A DNA stretch of 64,000 nucleotides, from assembly GCA_029261035.1 (NCBI GenBank), contig JAJDCD010000004.1, positions 132,765 to 196,764 of the forward strand. Reading direction: 5' to 3'. Position numbers and translations under genes: made by a program. The notes under the pieces were generated by a model. It worked only from the letters and a program-made list of their open reading frames with translations, was not told the origin of the DNA and did no database searches. Positions within the stretch are counted from its first letter, which is position 1. Each line of letters starts with the position of its first letter. This DNA comes from Candidatus Omnitrophota bacterium (GTDB lineage Bacteria > Omnitrophota > Omnitrophia > Omnitrophales > JACROU01). This document shows, piece after piece, positions 39,477 through 49,141 of the stretch.

Positions 39477-40040
39477 TTAGTTATGTATCACCAAATCCAT
39501 CTGTAAATCATGCTCTTCAACGGGAAGTTCGCCGACTAATTGAAAATCATATGCCAAACCCACCTTCATTACATGATGATTAAGCTGACTTAAAAACCGA
39601 TCATAATATCCTTTTCCCCGACCCAAACGATGATTCTTCCGATCGAAGGCAACTCCTGGAACAAAAACTAAATCCAACTTCTCTATTGGAAACACAGAAT
39701 CCCACTCTTTCGGTTCCAAAATACCATATTTACCTGGCTTCAAATGATCTAAGTCATGCAACTGAACTGGCAAAAGAGTCTCTTCACCAAGCTGAACAAC
39801 CGGCAAAATCACTGTTTTGTTTTCTGACAAAGCGTGCTTAATTATTTCTCTCGTATCAACTTCTTCTTCCATTGATAAATAAAACATCACGACAGAAGCT
39901 TTTCTATAAGCTGTTAAGTCATGCACCAAACCATCAATGATCTTACAGTTCTTAAACCGGTTTTCCTCAGACTGATGGCGTAATTTTTTTTTCAACGAAT
40001 CTCTAAGCTTTTTCTTATTCTCTTGTATTTTTTGCTTCAT
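39477..40040 (-). CDS. 5-formyltetrahydrofolate cyclo-ligase
   Basis: VPGVAFD..RLGRGKGYYDR, GILEP, EEHD; start uncertain (40040-40052). Confidence 0.92.
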   Translation of the reverse strand: MKQKIQENKKKLRDSLKKKLRHQSEENRFKNCKIIDGLVHDLTAYRKASVVMFYLSMEEEVDTREIIKHALSENKTVILPVVQLGEETLLPVQLHDLDHLKPGKYGILEPKEWDSVFPIEKLDLVFVPGVAFDRKNHRLGRGKGYYDRFLSQLNHHVMKVGLAYDFQLVGELPVEEHDLQMDLVIHN

Positions 40041-40106
40041 AGAACCCATCATTTTAGCTAAGAATCCACATTCGTCCAAGCTTTTTAGTAACAAAGACTT
40101 TCTATA

Positions 40107-40219
40107 GTCATTGCGAGGCATTAGAAAGTCGAGCCGTGGCAATCTCAGATTAAGGGAAGAAAGGTCCGTCTCAAAACCAAGAGATTGCCGCAGCTCCTTT
40201 GTGGAAGCCTCTCAATGAC
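40107..40219. repeat. Palindromic element (GTCATTGCGAG...GCAATC/GAGATTGC...CAATGAC)
   Basis: Terminal inverted repeat; close relative at 42986-43089. Confidence 0.8.
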
Positions 40220-40304
40220 TGATTTATAAAAAACTATCATCTGTCTCTGATATAATACGAGTCATTACCCACTTTCATCACTTATAAACTACCGAGGGAC
40301 TACC

Positions 40305-42539
40305 ATGAGACATCTCCTTTTTGTTCTATTATTTTTAGTTATTTCTACCCCTTTTGCTGAGGCCAGCATTATCGGAGCATTAGAGAACGTAACTCGACAA
40401 ATTGAGTCCGGAGGTTCATCTAGTAACAACACCTCTTCATCCTCCAGCTCAAGACCTTCTAGCACCACAAATACCAACCCCTCACAATATGAAACTCAAT
40501 ACCCAACACTCATGCCTTCAGACGGAAGCAGTGGCTCTGTTATGTCTATCGATCCAACAACAGGCACAGTGACTCAAAGCTCTTTAAATCCTGATGGCTC
40601 CAGAACGGTAACCGAAACAAACGCGGATGGAAATACAACAGAAGAAGTAATCCCTGAAGATCAACCGGATAGTGCCTCTTCTCTAGATTCCGAAACCGGA
40701 ATCACAACTACTTCCGTTGAAAACCCAGATGGGTCTCGTACTGTTATTGAAACGGATGCCGAAGGCAACATCGTAAGTTCAACACGTGTCCCATCAACGC
40801 AAACAACATCTGCCTCTGCTACAGATCCTGACACAGGCATCACAACAACATCTACTCGAAACGCAGACGGATCTAGAACCGTCACACAAACAGACGCGGA
40901 TGGAAATGTTTTAAATACGCGGAATGAACCCGCTCGTGGTTCAGGAAGATCTTCTGCTTCTTCTACAAATACAGATACTGGCGTTACAACAACTTCAACT
41001 CGCAATGCCGATGGCTCTAGCACAGTTACAGAAACAGACTCTCAAGGTAATACCCTCAGTTCGCGCAACGAGCCCGCCCGAGGATCACGCCCAGACTCTG
41101 CATCCGCCACCGACACCCGTACAGGAAATACAACAACATCCACTCGAAACGCAGATGGCTCTCGCACCGTCACTCAAACAGACTCTCAAGGAAATACTCT
41201 TTCAACACGAACAGAACCTAATAGAAATTCAACACCTTCTTTTGCATCTTCAACCGATTCTAATACAGGAATTACAACAACTTCGACTCAAAATGCCGAT
41301 GGCTCTCGTACGGTCAATCAAACAGACTCTAATGGCAACCTTCTCAATTCTCGAAGAGAACCTGCTCGTGGCTCGAGTCCAAGCTCTGCTTCTTCAACGA
41401 ACACCGATACAGGAGTCACTACAACATCGACTCGCAATGCAAACGGCTCCCGTACGGTTACTGAAACGGACGAGCAAGGAAATACATTAAATACTAGGAA
41501 CGAGCCTGCTCGTGGTTCCCGTCCAACATCTGCATCTGCCACAGATACAAATACCGGAATCACAACAACGTCCACTCGCAATACAGACGGTTCGCGTACC
41601 GTTACCGAAACAGACGAGCAAGGAAATACCTTAAATACAAGAAACGAGCCTGCTCGTGGTTCCCGCCCTACTTCAGCTTCAGCAACGGATACGAATACAG
41701 GCATTACAACAACGTCCACACGCAATACGGACGGATCTCGTACCGTTACCGAAACAGACGAGCAAGGAAATACCTTAAGCACCCGAAACGAGCCTGCTCG
41801 TGGAACAACCCCCTCTTCTGCTTCTGCGACAAACCCAGACACAGGAATTACAACAACATCAACACGTAACCCGGATGGTTCTAGAACTGTGACTCAAACG
41901 GATAAAGATGGAAATGTGTTAAATACACGCAACGAACCCGCCAGAGGAACAGGAACATCCTCCGCCTCTTCAACAAATACCGATACAGGTGTCACAACGA
42001 CATCCACTCAAAACGCAGATGGGTCTCGTACGGTTACAGAAACAGATAAAGACGAAAATGTTCTAGGCTCTCGCAACGAACCCGTATCAGGTACAGCCCC
42101 CTCTTCGGTAACATCAACAGATATGCTGTCAGGAGCACAAACAACCTCTACTATGAATCCCGATAAAAGCAGAACCCTTATCTTAAAAGACAAAGATGGA
42201 AAAGTAATTTCGAAAGAAACTACATATGGGTCCACAGGAATCGTTTCTAAAGTAACTTATAATAAAGATGGAACAGCTTTATTTATTCAAAAGGATGGAA
42301 GAGGTAGAACACTGATGGAAAAATCCTTCGCAAAAGTGCTGCAACCTAAATTTAGAAATCAAGCCATTGATATTCTATTTAACGTATCTAGACCGCAGGT
42401 GTACTCCTTACCTGGTTTTGCCAGCGCTCCTGGTTATCCAGCAACTCCAGACAAAACGGTTATCAATAATTCTTTAGGAGAAAAGATACAAGAGTACGAA
42501 GGCCCTCCTCGCGATTATGATGGGTCCAATTACCAGTAG
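40305..42539 (+). CDS. Secreted Thr/Ser-rich protein with ~12 tandem repeats of ~48 aa
   Basis: Signal peptide (AEA); repeat consensus SASxTxTxTGITTTSTRNADGSRTVTETDxxGNTLNTRNEPARGS. Confidence 0.85.
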   Translation: MRHLLFVLLFLVISTPFAEASIIGALENVTRQIESGGSSSNNTSSSSSSRPSSTTNTNPSQYETQYPTLMPSDGSSGSVMSIDPTTGTVTQSSLNPDGSRTVTETNADGNTTEEVIPEDQPDSASSLDSETGITTTSVENPDGSRTVIETDAEGNIVSSTRVPSTQTTSASATDPDTGITTTSTRNADGSRTVTQTDADGNVLNTRNEPARGSGRSSASSTNTDTGVTTTSTRNADGSSTVTETDSQGNTLSSRNEPARGSRPDSASATDTRTGNTTTSTRNADGSRTVTQTDSQGNTLSTRTEPNRNSTPSFASSTDSNTGITTTSTQNADGSRTVNQTDSNGNLLNSRREPARGSSPSSASSTNTDTGVTTTSTRNANGSRTVTETDEQGNTLNTRNEPARGSRPTSASATDTNTGITTTSTRNTDGSRTVTETDEQGNTLNTRNEPARGSRPTSASATDTNTGITTTSTRNTDGSRTVTETDEQGNTLSTRNEPARGTTPSSASATNPDTGITTTSTRNPDGSRTVTQTDKDGNVLNTRNEPARGTGTSSASSTNTDTGVTTTSTQNADGSRTVTETDKDENVLGSRNEPVSGTAPSSVTSTDMLSGAQTTSTMNPDKSRTLILKDKDGKVISKETTYGSTGIVSKVTYNKDGTALFIQKDGRGRTLMEKSFAKVLQPKFRNQAIDILFNVSRPQVYSLPGFASAPGYPATPDKTVINNSLGEKIQEYEGPPRDYDGSNYQ

Positions 42540-42577
42540 ATTAGAAGAAGATTTTGTCATCTCCTCCTTGATCCATT

Positions 42578-43089
42578 TGTCATCCCCGAATGCTTTAATC
42601 GGGGATCCAGTCAGACAAAACGATTAATTTAGAAATTAAATAAAGCACAAACACATGGATCCCCGCCTTCGCGGGGATGACAGAAAAGCGCGGGAAGATA
42701 CAAGAATAGGACGGTCCACCTCGAAATTATGATGGAAAATTTTATGGGTAGATTTACGCTTGTCATTATTTAATTCAAAGACCCTAGATTCCCGCCTACG
42801 CGGGAATGACAAACACTTTTATTCATTCTTGTCATCCTGAACTAGCGCCTGCCCGCCGTCTTGCCCGCCACGAAAAACGGCGGGTCCGCCAGCTTATTAG
42901 GAGGATTGGGCGGGAAGGATCTCAGACTCAGAGATTCTTCGTCGCAAAGCTCCTCAGAATGACAGCTGTGTAGAAATTTAAATCCGTCATTGCGAGGCTA
43001 AAACAAAAAGAGCCGTGGCAATTTCAGGTTTTTACTTCTTATTCATCCCGAGATTGCCACGGCTCAATATGTCGATACCTCGCAATGAC
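42578..43089. repeat. Cluster of at least four palindromic elements from three subfamilies
   Basis: 42578-42682, 42761-42811, 42830-42964 (with nested GC-rich CCCGCC/GGCGGG insert), 42986-43089; all bounded by GTCAT...ATGAC. Confidence 0.85.
42695..42751 (+). pseudogene. Orphan remnant resembling the 3' end of the 40305 gene
   Basis: Translates KIQE*DGPPRNYDGKFYG* versus the gene end KIQEYEGPPRDYDGSNYQ*. Confidence 0.7.
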
Positions 43090-43120
43090 AGTTTTTCTAT
43101 AAGCTAATGGCTGACAGCTT

Positions 43121-44089
43121 TTACTGAACTTGAACTAAATAAGGTTTCATCGCTTTCATTAAAACCCAACTATCATTTGCTTCACCAAAGTGATCTTTGT
43201 CCGTATATAAAACATCGCCCGAAACATTCACACCAGGAATTTGATTGAGATCTTGACTATTAATCTTAACAACTCCATCGGACCAACTGCATTGTTCCCT
43301 TGAAGCAATTAAAGGACAACCGCTCCCAATAATAATGGAGTACATAATCCCTTGTGGTAAAGGACGGCTGGAAAAATTATTTAAACCATCAATCTCGTCT
43401 TCAGGAGCTCCATTTAAATTAATATCCTTACTTTTAAATTCTTCAGGAGAATCAGGTTCGAGCCCCCCTTCTAAATAAATACTCTTCGGTCTTAAGTCTC
43501 GAACAGCATCACTCTTCGTATCTACCTTCCAAACAAGATTTCGAACGGTCTTTGGAATGATCTTAAGGGCTAATTTCTCTACATCAAAATTACTCCCTCT
43601 ATGCGGAGTCCCTAAAGAAACAAATCCTCCAACATCCTCTTTATAATAATCTGATTGCAAATATTCTCTTATAGCCAAACCACCCATGCTATGCCCTATT
43701 AAAATTACTTTCTCGGCACGATTGAAAATTTTAATTTTTTCGATGACTGCCGCCAACTCTTTCCCTTGCTGAACAATCGCCAACTCCCCCGAAGAAAAGC
43801 TCAGCGTATAAATATGTGCAGGCTTCACTATTGTTGGAGAAACCACTACTTCTCCATCAATCAATTTAGGTTTCAGGTCAGCTCCTGTATCCCAACCCAA
43901 GTTATTAAATTCTTTAAAGGTTTTACTCTCTCTCCAATAGTCTCCGCTATAGCCTAATCCATGAACAAAAATAATAGGATACTTCGGAAGATAAACTCCA
44001 TCCCCAAAACCTTGTTGTTTAAACTGACTCTGAGCAGAAGAACAACCCACCAAAGTTAAACATAGAAAAATAATCATTAAATTCTTCAT
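43121..44089 (-). CDS. Lipoprotein alpha/beta hydrolase (lipase/PGAP1-like)
   Basis: Lipobox LVGC, PIIFVHGL, GHSMGG nucleophile elbow, LGTPHRGS, SDGVV, His near the C-terminus. Confidence 0.88.
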   Translation of the reverse strand: MKNLMIIFLCLTLVGCSSAQSQFKQQGFGDGVYLPKYPIIFVHGLGYSGDYWRESKTFKEFNNLGWDTGADLKPKLIDGEVVVSPTIVKPAHIYTLSFSSGELAIVQQGKELAAVIEKIKIFNRAEKVILIGHSMGGLAIREYLQSDYYKEDVGGFVSLGTPHRGSNFDVEKLALKIIPKTVRNLVWKVDTKSDAVRDLRPKSIYLEGGLEPDSPEEFKSKDINLNGAPEDEIDGLNNFSSRPLPQGIMYSIIIGSGCPLIASREQCSWSDGVVKINSQDLNQIPGVNVSGDVLYTDKDHFGEANDSWVLMKAMKPYLVQVQ

Positions 44090-44141
44090 TCTATTTCCTC
44101 CCACTTTTTATGTATTACGAATTATATCTAAATCAGGATTT

Positions 44142-44251
44142 CCCCTCTCCCTTTTTAAGGGAGAGGGCTAGGGTGAGGGTTTGAGTTGATTTAGAATTTA
44201 CCATTAAACCACCCTCACCTTAATCCTCTCCCTCCAAAGGAAGGAGAGGAA
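44142..44251. repeat. CCCTCTCCC...GGGAGAGGG-type palindromic element
   Basis: CCCCTCTCCCTTTTTAAGGGAGAGGGCTAGGGTGAGGG and inverted CCCTCACCTTAATCCTCTCC...GGAGAGG. Confidence 0.75.
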
Positions 44252-44276
44252 AATTCAAAGACATTCACTTGTCTGC

Positions 44277-44303
44277 CTGGATTCCCGCCTCCGCGGGAAT
44301 GAC
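44277..44303. repeat. Half REP-like element
   Basis: CTGGATTCCCGCCTCCGCGGGAATGAC; matches 42785-42811 and 58232-58259. Confidence 0.8.
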
Positions 44304-44338
44304 CGTATCACCAAAAGCCAATAGCCAAAAGCTAACGT

Positions 44339-44389
44339 CTGGCCCGCCAGACAAAGCCAATGACACGCTAGTGCTTTAGCGTAGTCTGG
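44339..44389 (-). repeat. tRNA-3'-linked hairpin element
   Basis: CCAGACTACGCTAA...GCTTTGTCTGGCGGGCCAG; same as after tRNA-Leu. Confidence 0.75.
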
Positions 44390-44463
44390 CGTCCCCGACT
44401 GGAGTCGAACCAGTGGCCTTCTCCTTAGGAGGGAGACGCTCTATCCATCTGAGCTACGGGGAC
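44387..44463 (-). tRNA. tRNA-Arg(CCT)
   Basis: GTCCCCG acceptor, TCTCC-CTCCTAA-GGAGA anticodon arm, GGTTCGACTCC, encoded CCA. Confidence 0.96.
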
Positions 44464-44498
44464 TCTTAAAATATTCTTCTAATTTTTGTATAAAGGGA

Positions 44499-45032
44499 TC
44501 AATACTTTAATAGAGAAAAAACTTTATGGTCTTTAACCTTAGACCTTCCCTTAAGAAAGGATAATTCAATGAGGTATCCTAGCGCTTTAATGTTTCCGCC
44601 CAAACGTTCGACTAGCTTTACCACAGCCTTTGAAGTTCCCCCTGTGGCTAAAAGATCGTCAATAATTAAAACGCGATCCCCTTTATTAATTGCATCTTTA
44701 TGAATCTGAAGAGTGTCTGTCCCATACTCAAGCTTATATGAAACGGAAGCTGTCTTATATGGAAGTTTCCCTTTCTTTCTTACGGGTACAAAACCCGCTC
44801 CTAAATGGCTTGCGATAATCGGAGCAAAAATAAACCCTCGAGACTCCACTCCAATAACAATATCAATTTTATATTTTTCAGCCTTTTCAGAAAAAAGATC
44901 ACACGCCAACTTCAGAGAATCTGGGTCTTTAATTAACGTTGTAATATCTTTAAAGATAACTCCCTTTTTAGGAAAATCTTTAACATCTCGGATCATCTCT
45001 TTAAGTCGGGCTATTTGAACTGTTGTAGACAT
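44499..45032 (-). CDS. apt: Adenine phosphoribosyltransferase
   Basis: [42 protein letters not shown]. Confidence 0.97.
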   Translation of the reverse strand: MSTTVQIARLKEMIRDVKDFPKKGVIFKDITTLIKDPDSLKLACDLFSEKAEKYKIDIVIGVESRGFIFAPIIASHLGAGFVPVRKKGKLPYKTASVSYKLEYGTDTLQIHKDAINKGDRVLIIDDLLATGGTSKAVVKLVERLGGNIKALGYLIELSFLKGRSKVKDHKVFSLLKY

Positions 45033-45196
45033 GGCAGGAGGCTCCTATGAAAATAAGAAACCAGAGAAAAGAAACAAGAAACCGAGAAACTTACTTGTCT
45101 GGTTTCGTATACCCTGACTTCTCTTCCCGGTACTAATGCTTCATTATCAAATAAACTTGCAGTCTAAAAAGGGTCTATTAAAAACGAACCCTCTCG

Positions 45197-46105
45197 CTAA
45201 TAAACGTAGTTTTCAAACTTATCGTCTTCAAGCAATAACTTTTGACGAACTTTTTGCAGTGCAATTACTTCAATTTGTCGTACGCGTTCTCGAGTAATCC
45301 CAAATTGCTTCGCAGTTTCTTCTAAAGTGTGAGGTTCTTCCCCTTTTAAACCAAATCGAAGCACAATTACTTTTCGTTCACGATCATCCAAAATTTGCAT
45401 AATTTTATCTATGCGTTGAGTCTTAAAAAATTCATCCGTATCTTTTAACGCACGGTCTCCATGCTCATCTTCAATCAAATCGATTAACTCTGCCGATCCA
45501 TCAATACTTAAGGGTGTATTCAAAGAGCTTGGTTTATTCGCAATATTTTCAATCTCTTTAATTTTTGCTTCAGGTACTTTCATATATTTGGCAATTTCAG
45601 CAGCCGTTGGATTACGATCCAACTTTTGCATCAAGGCATCTCGAACTTTTCTCCACTTAGAAACAATATCAAACATATAAACAGGAATACGAATTGTTTT
45701 CCCTTGATTAGAAAGAGATCTCATAATGGCTTGCTTAATCCACCAAGAAGCATATGTTGAAAAACGGTATCCTTTTTTATAATTAAACTTATCTACCGCA
45801 CGCATCAAACCAATATTTCCTTCTTCAACAAGATCAGAAAAAGATAACCCTAAATTGGTGTAACGTTTTGCAATACTGATTACAAGACGCAAATTACTCT
45901 GAATCATTTTGTTTCTGGCTTGTTTTGCTCCGCGAACTTTCGAATGCATTTTCTTTGCTAAATCAACTTCTTCTTGAGGAGTTAATAGAGGGATTTTCTC
46001 AATTTGTCTAAGGTAGATAGACATAGGAGTCTGATTTAATGTAATCTCAGACTGACTGGGTCTTTTTGGCTTGTGTGCTTTTGTAGTTTCAACTCGTTTG
46101 CGCAT
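45197..46105 (-). CDS. Sigma-70 family factor (RpoD/RpoS-like, lacking region 1.1)
   Basis: NLRLVISIAKRY, EGNIGLMRAVDKF, RFSTYASWWIKQAI, TRERVRQIE. Confidence 0.92.
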   Translation of the reverse strand: MRKRVETTKAHKPKRPSQSEITLNQTPMSIYLRQIEKIPLLTPQEEVDLAKKMHSKVRGAKQARNKMIQSNLRLVISIAKRYTNLGLSFSDLVEEGNIGLMRAVDKFNYKKGYRFSTYASWWIKQAIMRSLSNQGKTIRIPVYMFDIVSKWRKVRDALMQKLDRNPTAAEIAKYMKVPEAKIKEIENIANKPSSLNTPLSIDGSAELIDLIEDEHGDRALKDTDEFFKTQRIDKIMQILDDRERKVIVLRFGLKGEEPHTLEETAKQFGITRERVRQIEVIALQKVRQKLLLEDDKFENYVY

Positions 46106-46196
46106 TTATCTTCCTTATAAACGTTAGAGAAGATGAATCATACGTGAATTTACGGCACGCAATGAAGAGGACTTGAATCTTTAGTATTTTTAATTC

Positions 46197-46224
46197 TGAG
46201 GGGCACCATACCTAGTGCCCCTCA
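46197..46224 (-). terminator. Hairpin downstream of ppdK, possible terminator
   Basis: TGAGGGGCAC-loop-GTGCCCCTCA 10-bp stem; U-tract weak. Confidence 0.55.
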
Positions 46225-46236
46225 ATTAAATTAGAA

Positions 46237-49002
46237 CTATTTCTTTTTCTTTCTTAAACCTTGCTGTACAGAAGCTTGAGCTGCTGCCAAACGAGCAATC
46301 GGCACTCGGTAAGGAGAACAACTCACATAATCCATACCCACAGAGTAACAAAAAGAAACAGAAGCTGGGTCGCCGCCCTGCTCTCCACAAATCCCAACTT
46401 TCAACTTTGGATTTGTTTTTCTTCCAAGCTCAATCCCTGTTCGAATCAACTGACCAACACCTTCAACATCAACGGATTGGAAAGGATCTTTTTCAATAAT
46501 TTCTTTACTTAAGTAATTTTCTAAGAAAACAGCAGCATCATCTCTAGAGAAACCATAAGCCATCTGAGTCAAGTCATTGGTTCCGAAAGAAAAGAATTCT
46601 GCATCTTCCGCTATTTTGTCTGCAATTAACGCAGCTCTAGGAACTTCGATCATTGTTCCAATCATGTAAGCTACTTTTGTTTTCTTTTGTTTAAAAACCT
46701 CTTCAATTACAGCAAGAGATCTTTTCTTTAAATACGCAAGTTCATTCTTAGTTCCAACCAAAGGAATCATAATTTCTGGAAGAACTTTAATTCCCTTCGC
46801 TTTTACATTAATTGCCGCTTCAATGATAGCGCGAACTTGCATCTCATAAATTTCTGGATAAGTAATACCCAAACGACAACCACGATGACCCAACATCGGA
46901 TTAAATTCACTCAATTGGTGAACCTTCTCCTGAATGGTCTCTAAAGAAACTTTCATTACTTTCGCCATTTCTTTTTGACTGTCAACTTCATGAGGCAAGA
47001 ATTCATGTAAAGGCGGATCTAAAAGACGAACCGTTACAGGAAGACCTTTCATTGCCTTAAATATTCCTTCAAAGTCTTTTCGTTGAATTGGAAGAAGTTT
47101 CAACAATGCTTTTTTTCTTTCTTCTAATGTATCTGAAAGAATCATGTCTCGCATTGCAATGATTCGGTCTGCTTCAAAGAACATATGCTCTGTTCGGCAA
47201 AGCCCAATCCCTTCTGCCCCAAAACGACGAGCAACCAAAGCATCATGAGGAGAGTCTGCATTCGTTCTAACGTTGATGTTACGGAATTGATCCGTCATCT
47301 TCATCAGCTTACCAAACGCTCCACCCAAAGCAGGTTCCACGGTCTTAACTTGTCCTAAGTAAACTTCACCTAAAGTACCGTCCAAGGAAATCCAGTCACC
47401 TTCTTTAACAACTTTTTTAGCTGTCTTAAATGATTTAGTTTTATAATCGATTACGATATCACTCGTACCCGCAACACAGGTTTTACCCATACCACGAGCA
47501 ACCACAGCCGCATGAGAAGTCATTCCTCCACGAGCGGTCAAGATACCTTGAGCTGCATCCATTCCGGCAATATCTTCAGGAGAGGTTTCAACACGAACCA
47601 AAATTACCTTTTCTCCCTTTTTAGCCAACTCTTCAGCATGCTCTGCAGTAAATACAACCACACCACTTGCAGCCCCTGGAGAAGCAGGCAATCCCTTAGC
47701 AATTTTGTCTTTCTTTGCGTTAGGGTCAAATGTAGGATGAAGCAATTGATCCAACTGTTTTGGATCCACACGAAGAATCGCTTCTTTATCGTTAATTAAT
47801 TTTTCTTTCACAAGATCACAAGCAATATTAACAGCAGCCATCGCTGTTCTTTTACCTGATCTTGTTTGCAAGAAATAAAGAGTTCCTTCTTGAATCGTAA
47901 ACTCCATATCTTGCATGTCTCTGTAATGTTTTTCCAATCGGTCTTTAATCTGAACCAATTGCTTGTAAACTACTGGATTTTCTTTTTGTAATAAAGGAAG
48001 TGGTTTTGGTGTACGAATACCAGCAACAACATCTTCCCCTTGTGCGTTCATCAAATACTCCCCGTAGAAATAATTTGCACCGGTAGATGGGTCACGAGAA
48101 AAACAAACACCTGTTCCAGAGGTATCACCCATGTTACCGAAAACCATTGCTTGTACGTTAACCGCTGTTCCGATTAACCCACGGATGTCATTCAACTCAC
48201 GATACTTGTTTGCTCTTGGGTTATGCCAAGATTTAAATACCGCATTGATTGACTTACGTAATTGGTCTTTTGGATTCGTTGGAAAATCTTCTCCAGTTTT
48301 CTTACGAACTAACTTTTTATATGAAGAAACAACTTGCTTCAAATCAGCTGTTGTTAACTCCGTATCTTGAGCTGCATTTACTTCTTCTTTCTTTGCTTCC
48401 AAGATATGTTCAAAATCATGATGATCAATTTCCATCACAACGTTTCCAAACATTTGCATAAAACGACGGTAACTATCCCATGCGAATCGTTCGTTTCCTG
48501 TTTTTACAATCAGCCCTTGAACCGATTCTTCATTAAGACCCAAATTCAAAATCGTATCCATCATACCTGGCATTGAAGCTGCTGCACCAGAACGAACAGA
48601 AACAAGTAATGGATTATTAGAGTCACCAAATTTTGCACCGAATGCTTTTTCTAATTTTTCGATATTCGTATTAATTTGCGCTTCTAGCCCTGATGGCCAT
48701 TTGCGTCCACTCTTGTAATAAAGATCACAAACTTCTGTTGTGATTGTAAACCCTGGAGGAACCGGAATTCCCAAGTTAACCATCTCGGCCAAGTTAGCTC
48801 CCTTACCACCAAGAAGCTCTTTCATTCCTTGTTTACCTTCAGATTTTTTGTTTCCAAAAAAGTATACGTATTTTGTCTTAGAAGCACTTTTAGCTTTAGA
48901 CTTCTTTTTAGCAGGCTTTTTAGCTGCTGGTTTTGCTTTTGTTTTCTTCTTCACTGTTGTCTTCCCCTTTTTCTTAGGTTTTGCTTTCAATAATGTAGCC
49001 AT
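46237..49002 (-). CDS. ppdK: Pyruvate, phosphate dikinase
   Basis: LLGGKGANLAEM, SVRSGA..SMPGMMDT, GGMTSHAAVVARG, GIGLCRTEHM, SFGTNDLTQ. Confidence 0.97.
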   Translation of the reverse strand: MATLLKAKPKKKGKTTVKKKTKAKPAAKKPAKKKSKAKSASKTKYVYFFGNKKSEGKQGMKELLGGKGANLAEMVNLGIPVPPGFTITTEVCDLYYKSGRKWPSGLEAQINTNIEKLEKAFGAKFGDSNNPLLVSVRSGAAASMPGMMDTILNLGLNEESVQGLIVKTGNERFAWDSYRRFMQMFGNVVMEIDHHDFEHILEAKKEEVNAAQDTELTTADLKQVVSSYKKLVRKKTGEDFPTNPKDQLRKSINAVFKSWHNPRANKYRELNDIRGLIGTAVNVQAMVFGNMGDTSGTGVCFSRDPSTGANYFYGEYLMNAQGEDVVAGIRTPKPLPLLQKENPVVYKQLVQIKDRLEKHYRDMQDMEFTIQEGTLYFLQTRSGKRTAMAAVNIACDLVKEKLINDKEAILRVDPKQLDQLLHPTFDPNAKKDKIAKGLPASPGAASGVVVFTAEHAEELAKKGEKVILVRVETSPEDIAGMDAAQGILTARGGMTSHAAVVARGMGKTCVAGTSDIVIDYKTKSFKTAKKVVKEGDWISLDGTLGEVYLGQVKTVEPALGGAFGKLMKMTDQFRNINVRTNADSPHDALVARRFGAEGIGLCRTEHMFFEADRIIAMRDMILSDTLEERKKALLKLLPIQRKDFEGIFKAMKGLPVTVRLLDPPLHEFLPHEVDSQKEMAKVMKVSLETIQEKVHQLSEFNPMLGHRGCRLGITYPEIYEMQVRAIIEAAINVKAKGIKVLPEIMIPLVGTKNELAYLKKRSLAVIEEVFKQKKTKVAYMIGTMIEVPRAALIADKIAEDAEFFSFGTNDLTQMAYGFSRDDAAVFLENYLSKEIIEKDPFQSVDVEGVGQLIRTGIELGRKTNPKLKVGICGEQGGDPASVSFCYSVGMDYVSCSPYRVPIARLAAAQASVQQGLRKKKK

Positions 49003-49053
49003 TTAATTCTTTCCTCCATTTATCCTTGTTAAATTCAAATTTCGTTTATTTTC

Positions 49054-49122
49054 TGTCATTCTGAGGAGCCTAGCGACGAAGAATCTCTTTGTCTAAGATC
49101 CTTCACTCCGTTCAGGATGACA
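49054..49122. repeat. Palindromic element (TGTCATTCTGAG...GAAGAATCT/AGATCCTTC...CAGGATGACA)
   Basis: Near-identical relative at 59954-60028; inverted relative at 42830. Confidence 0.85.
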
Positions 49123-49141
49123 AAAAACTAAAAACTCTGTC

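Noticed and set aside
40041-40300. 6S RNA expected upstream of the cyclo-ligase
   Set aside because: The long pairing here belongs to the GTCATTGCGAG palindrome family; no 6S-like central bubble was recognised.
40661-42235. Alternative-frame and antisense ORFs in the repeat gene
   Set aside because: By-products of the tandem repeats.
42483-42751. Possible DGR template/variable repeat pair
   Set aside because: Differences are not confined to adenines and are mostly at third positions; no reverse transcriptase is nearby.
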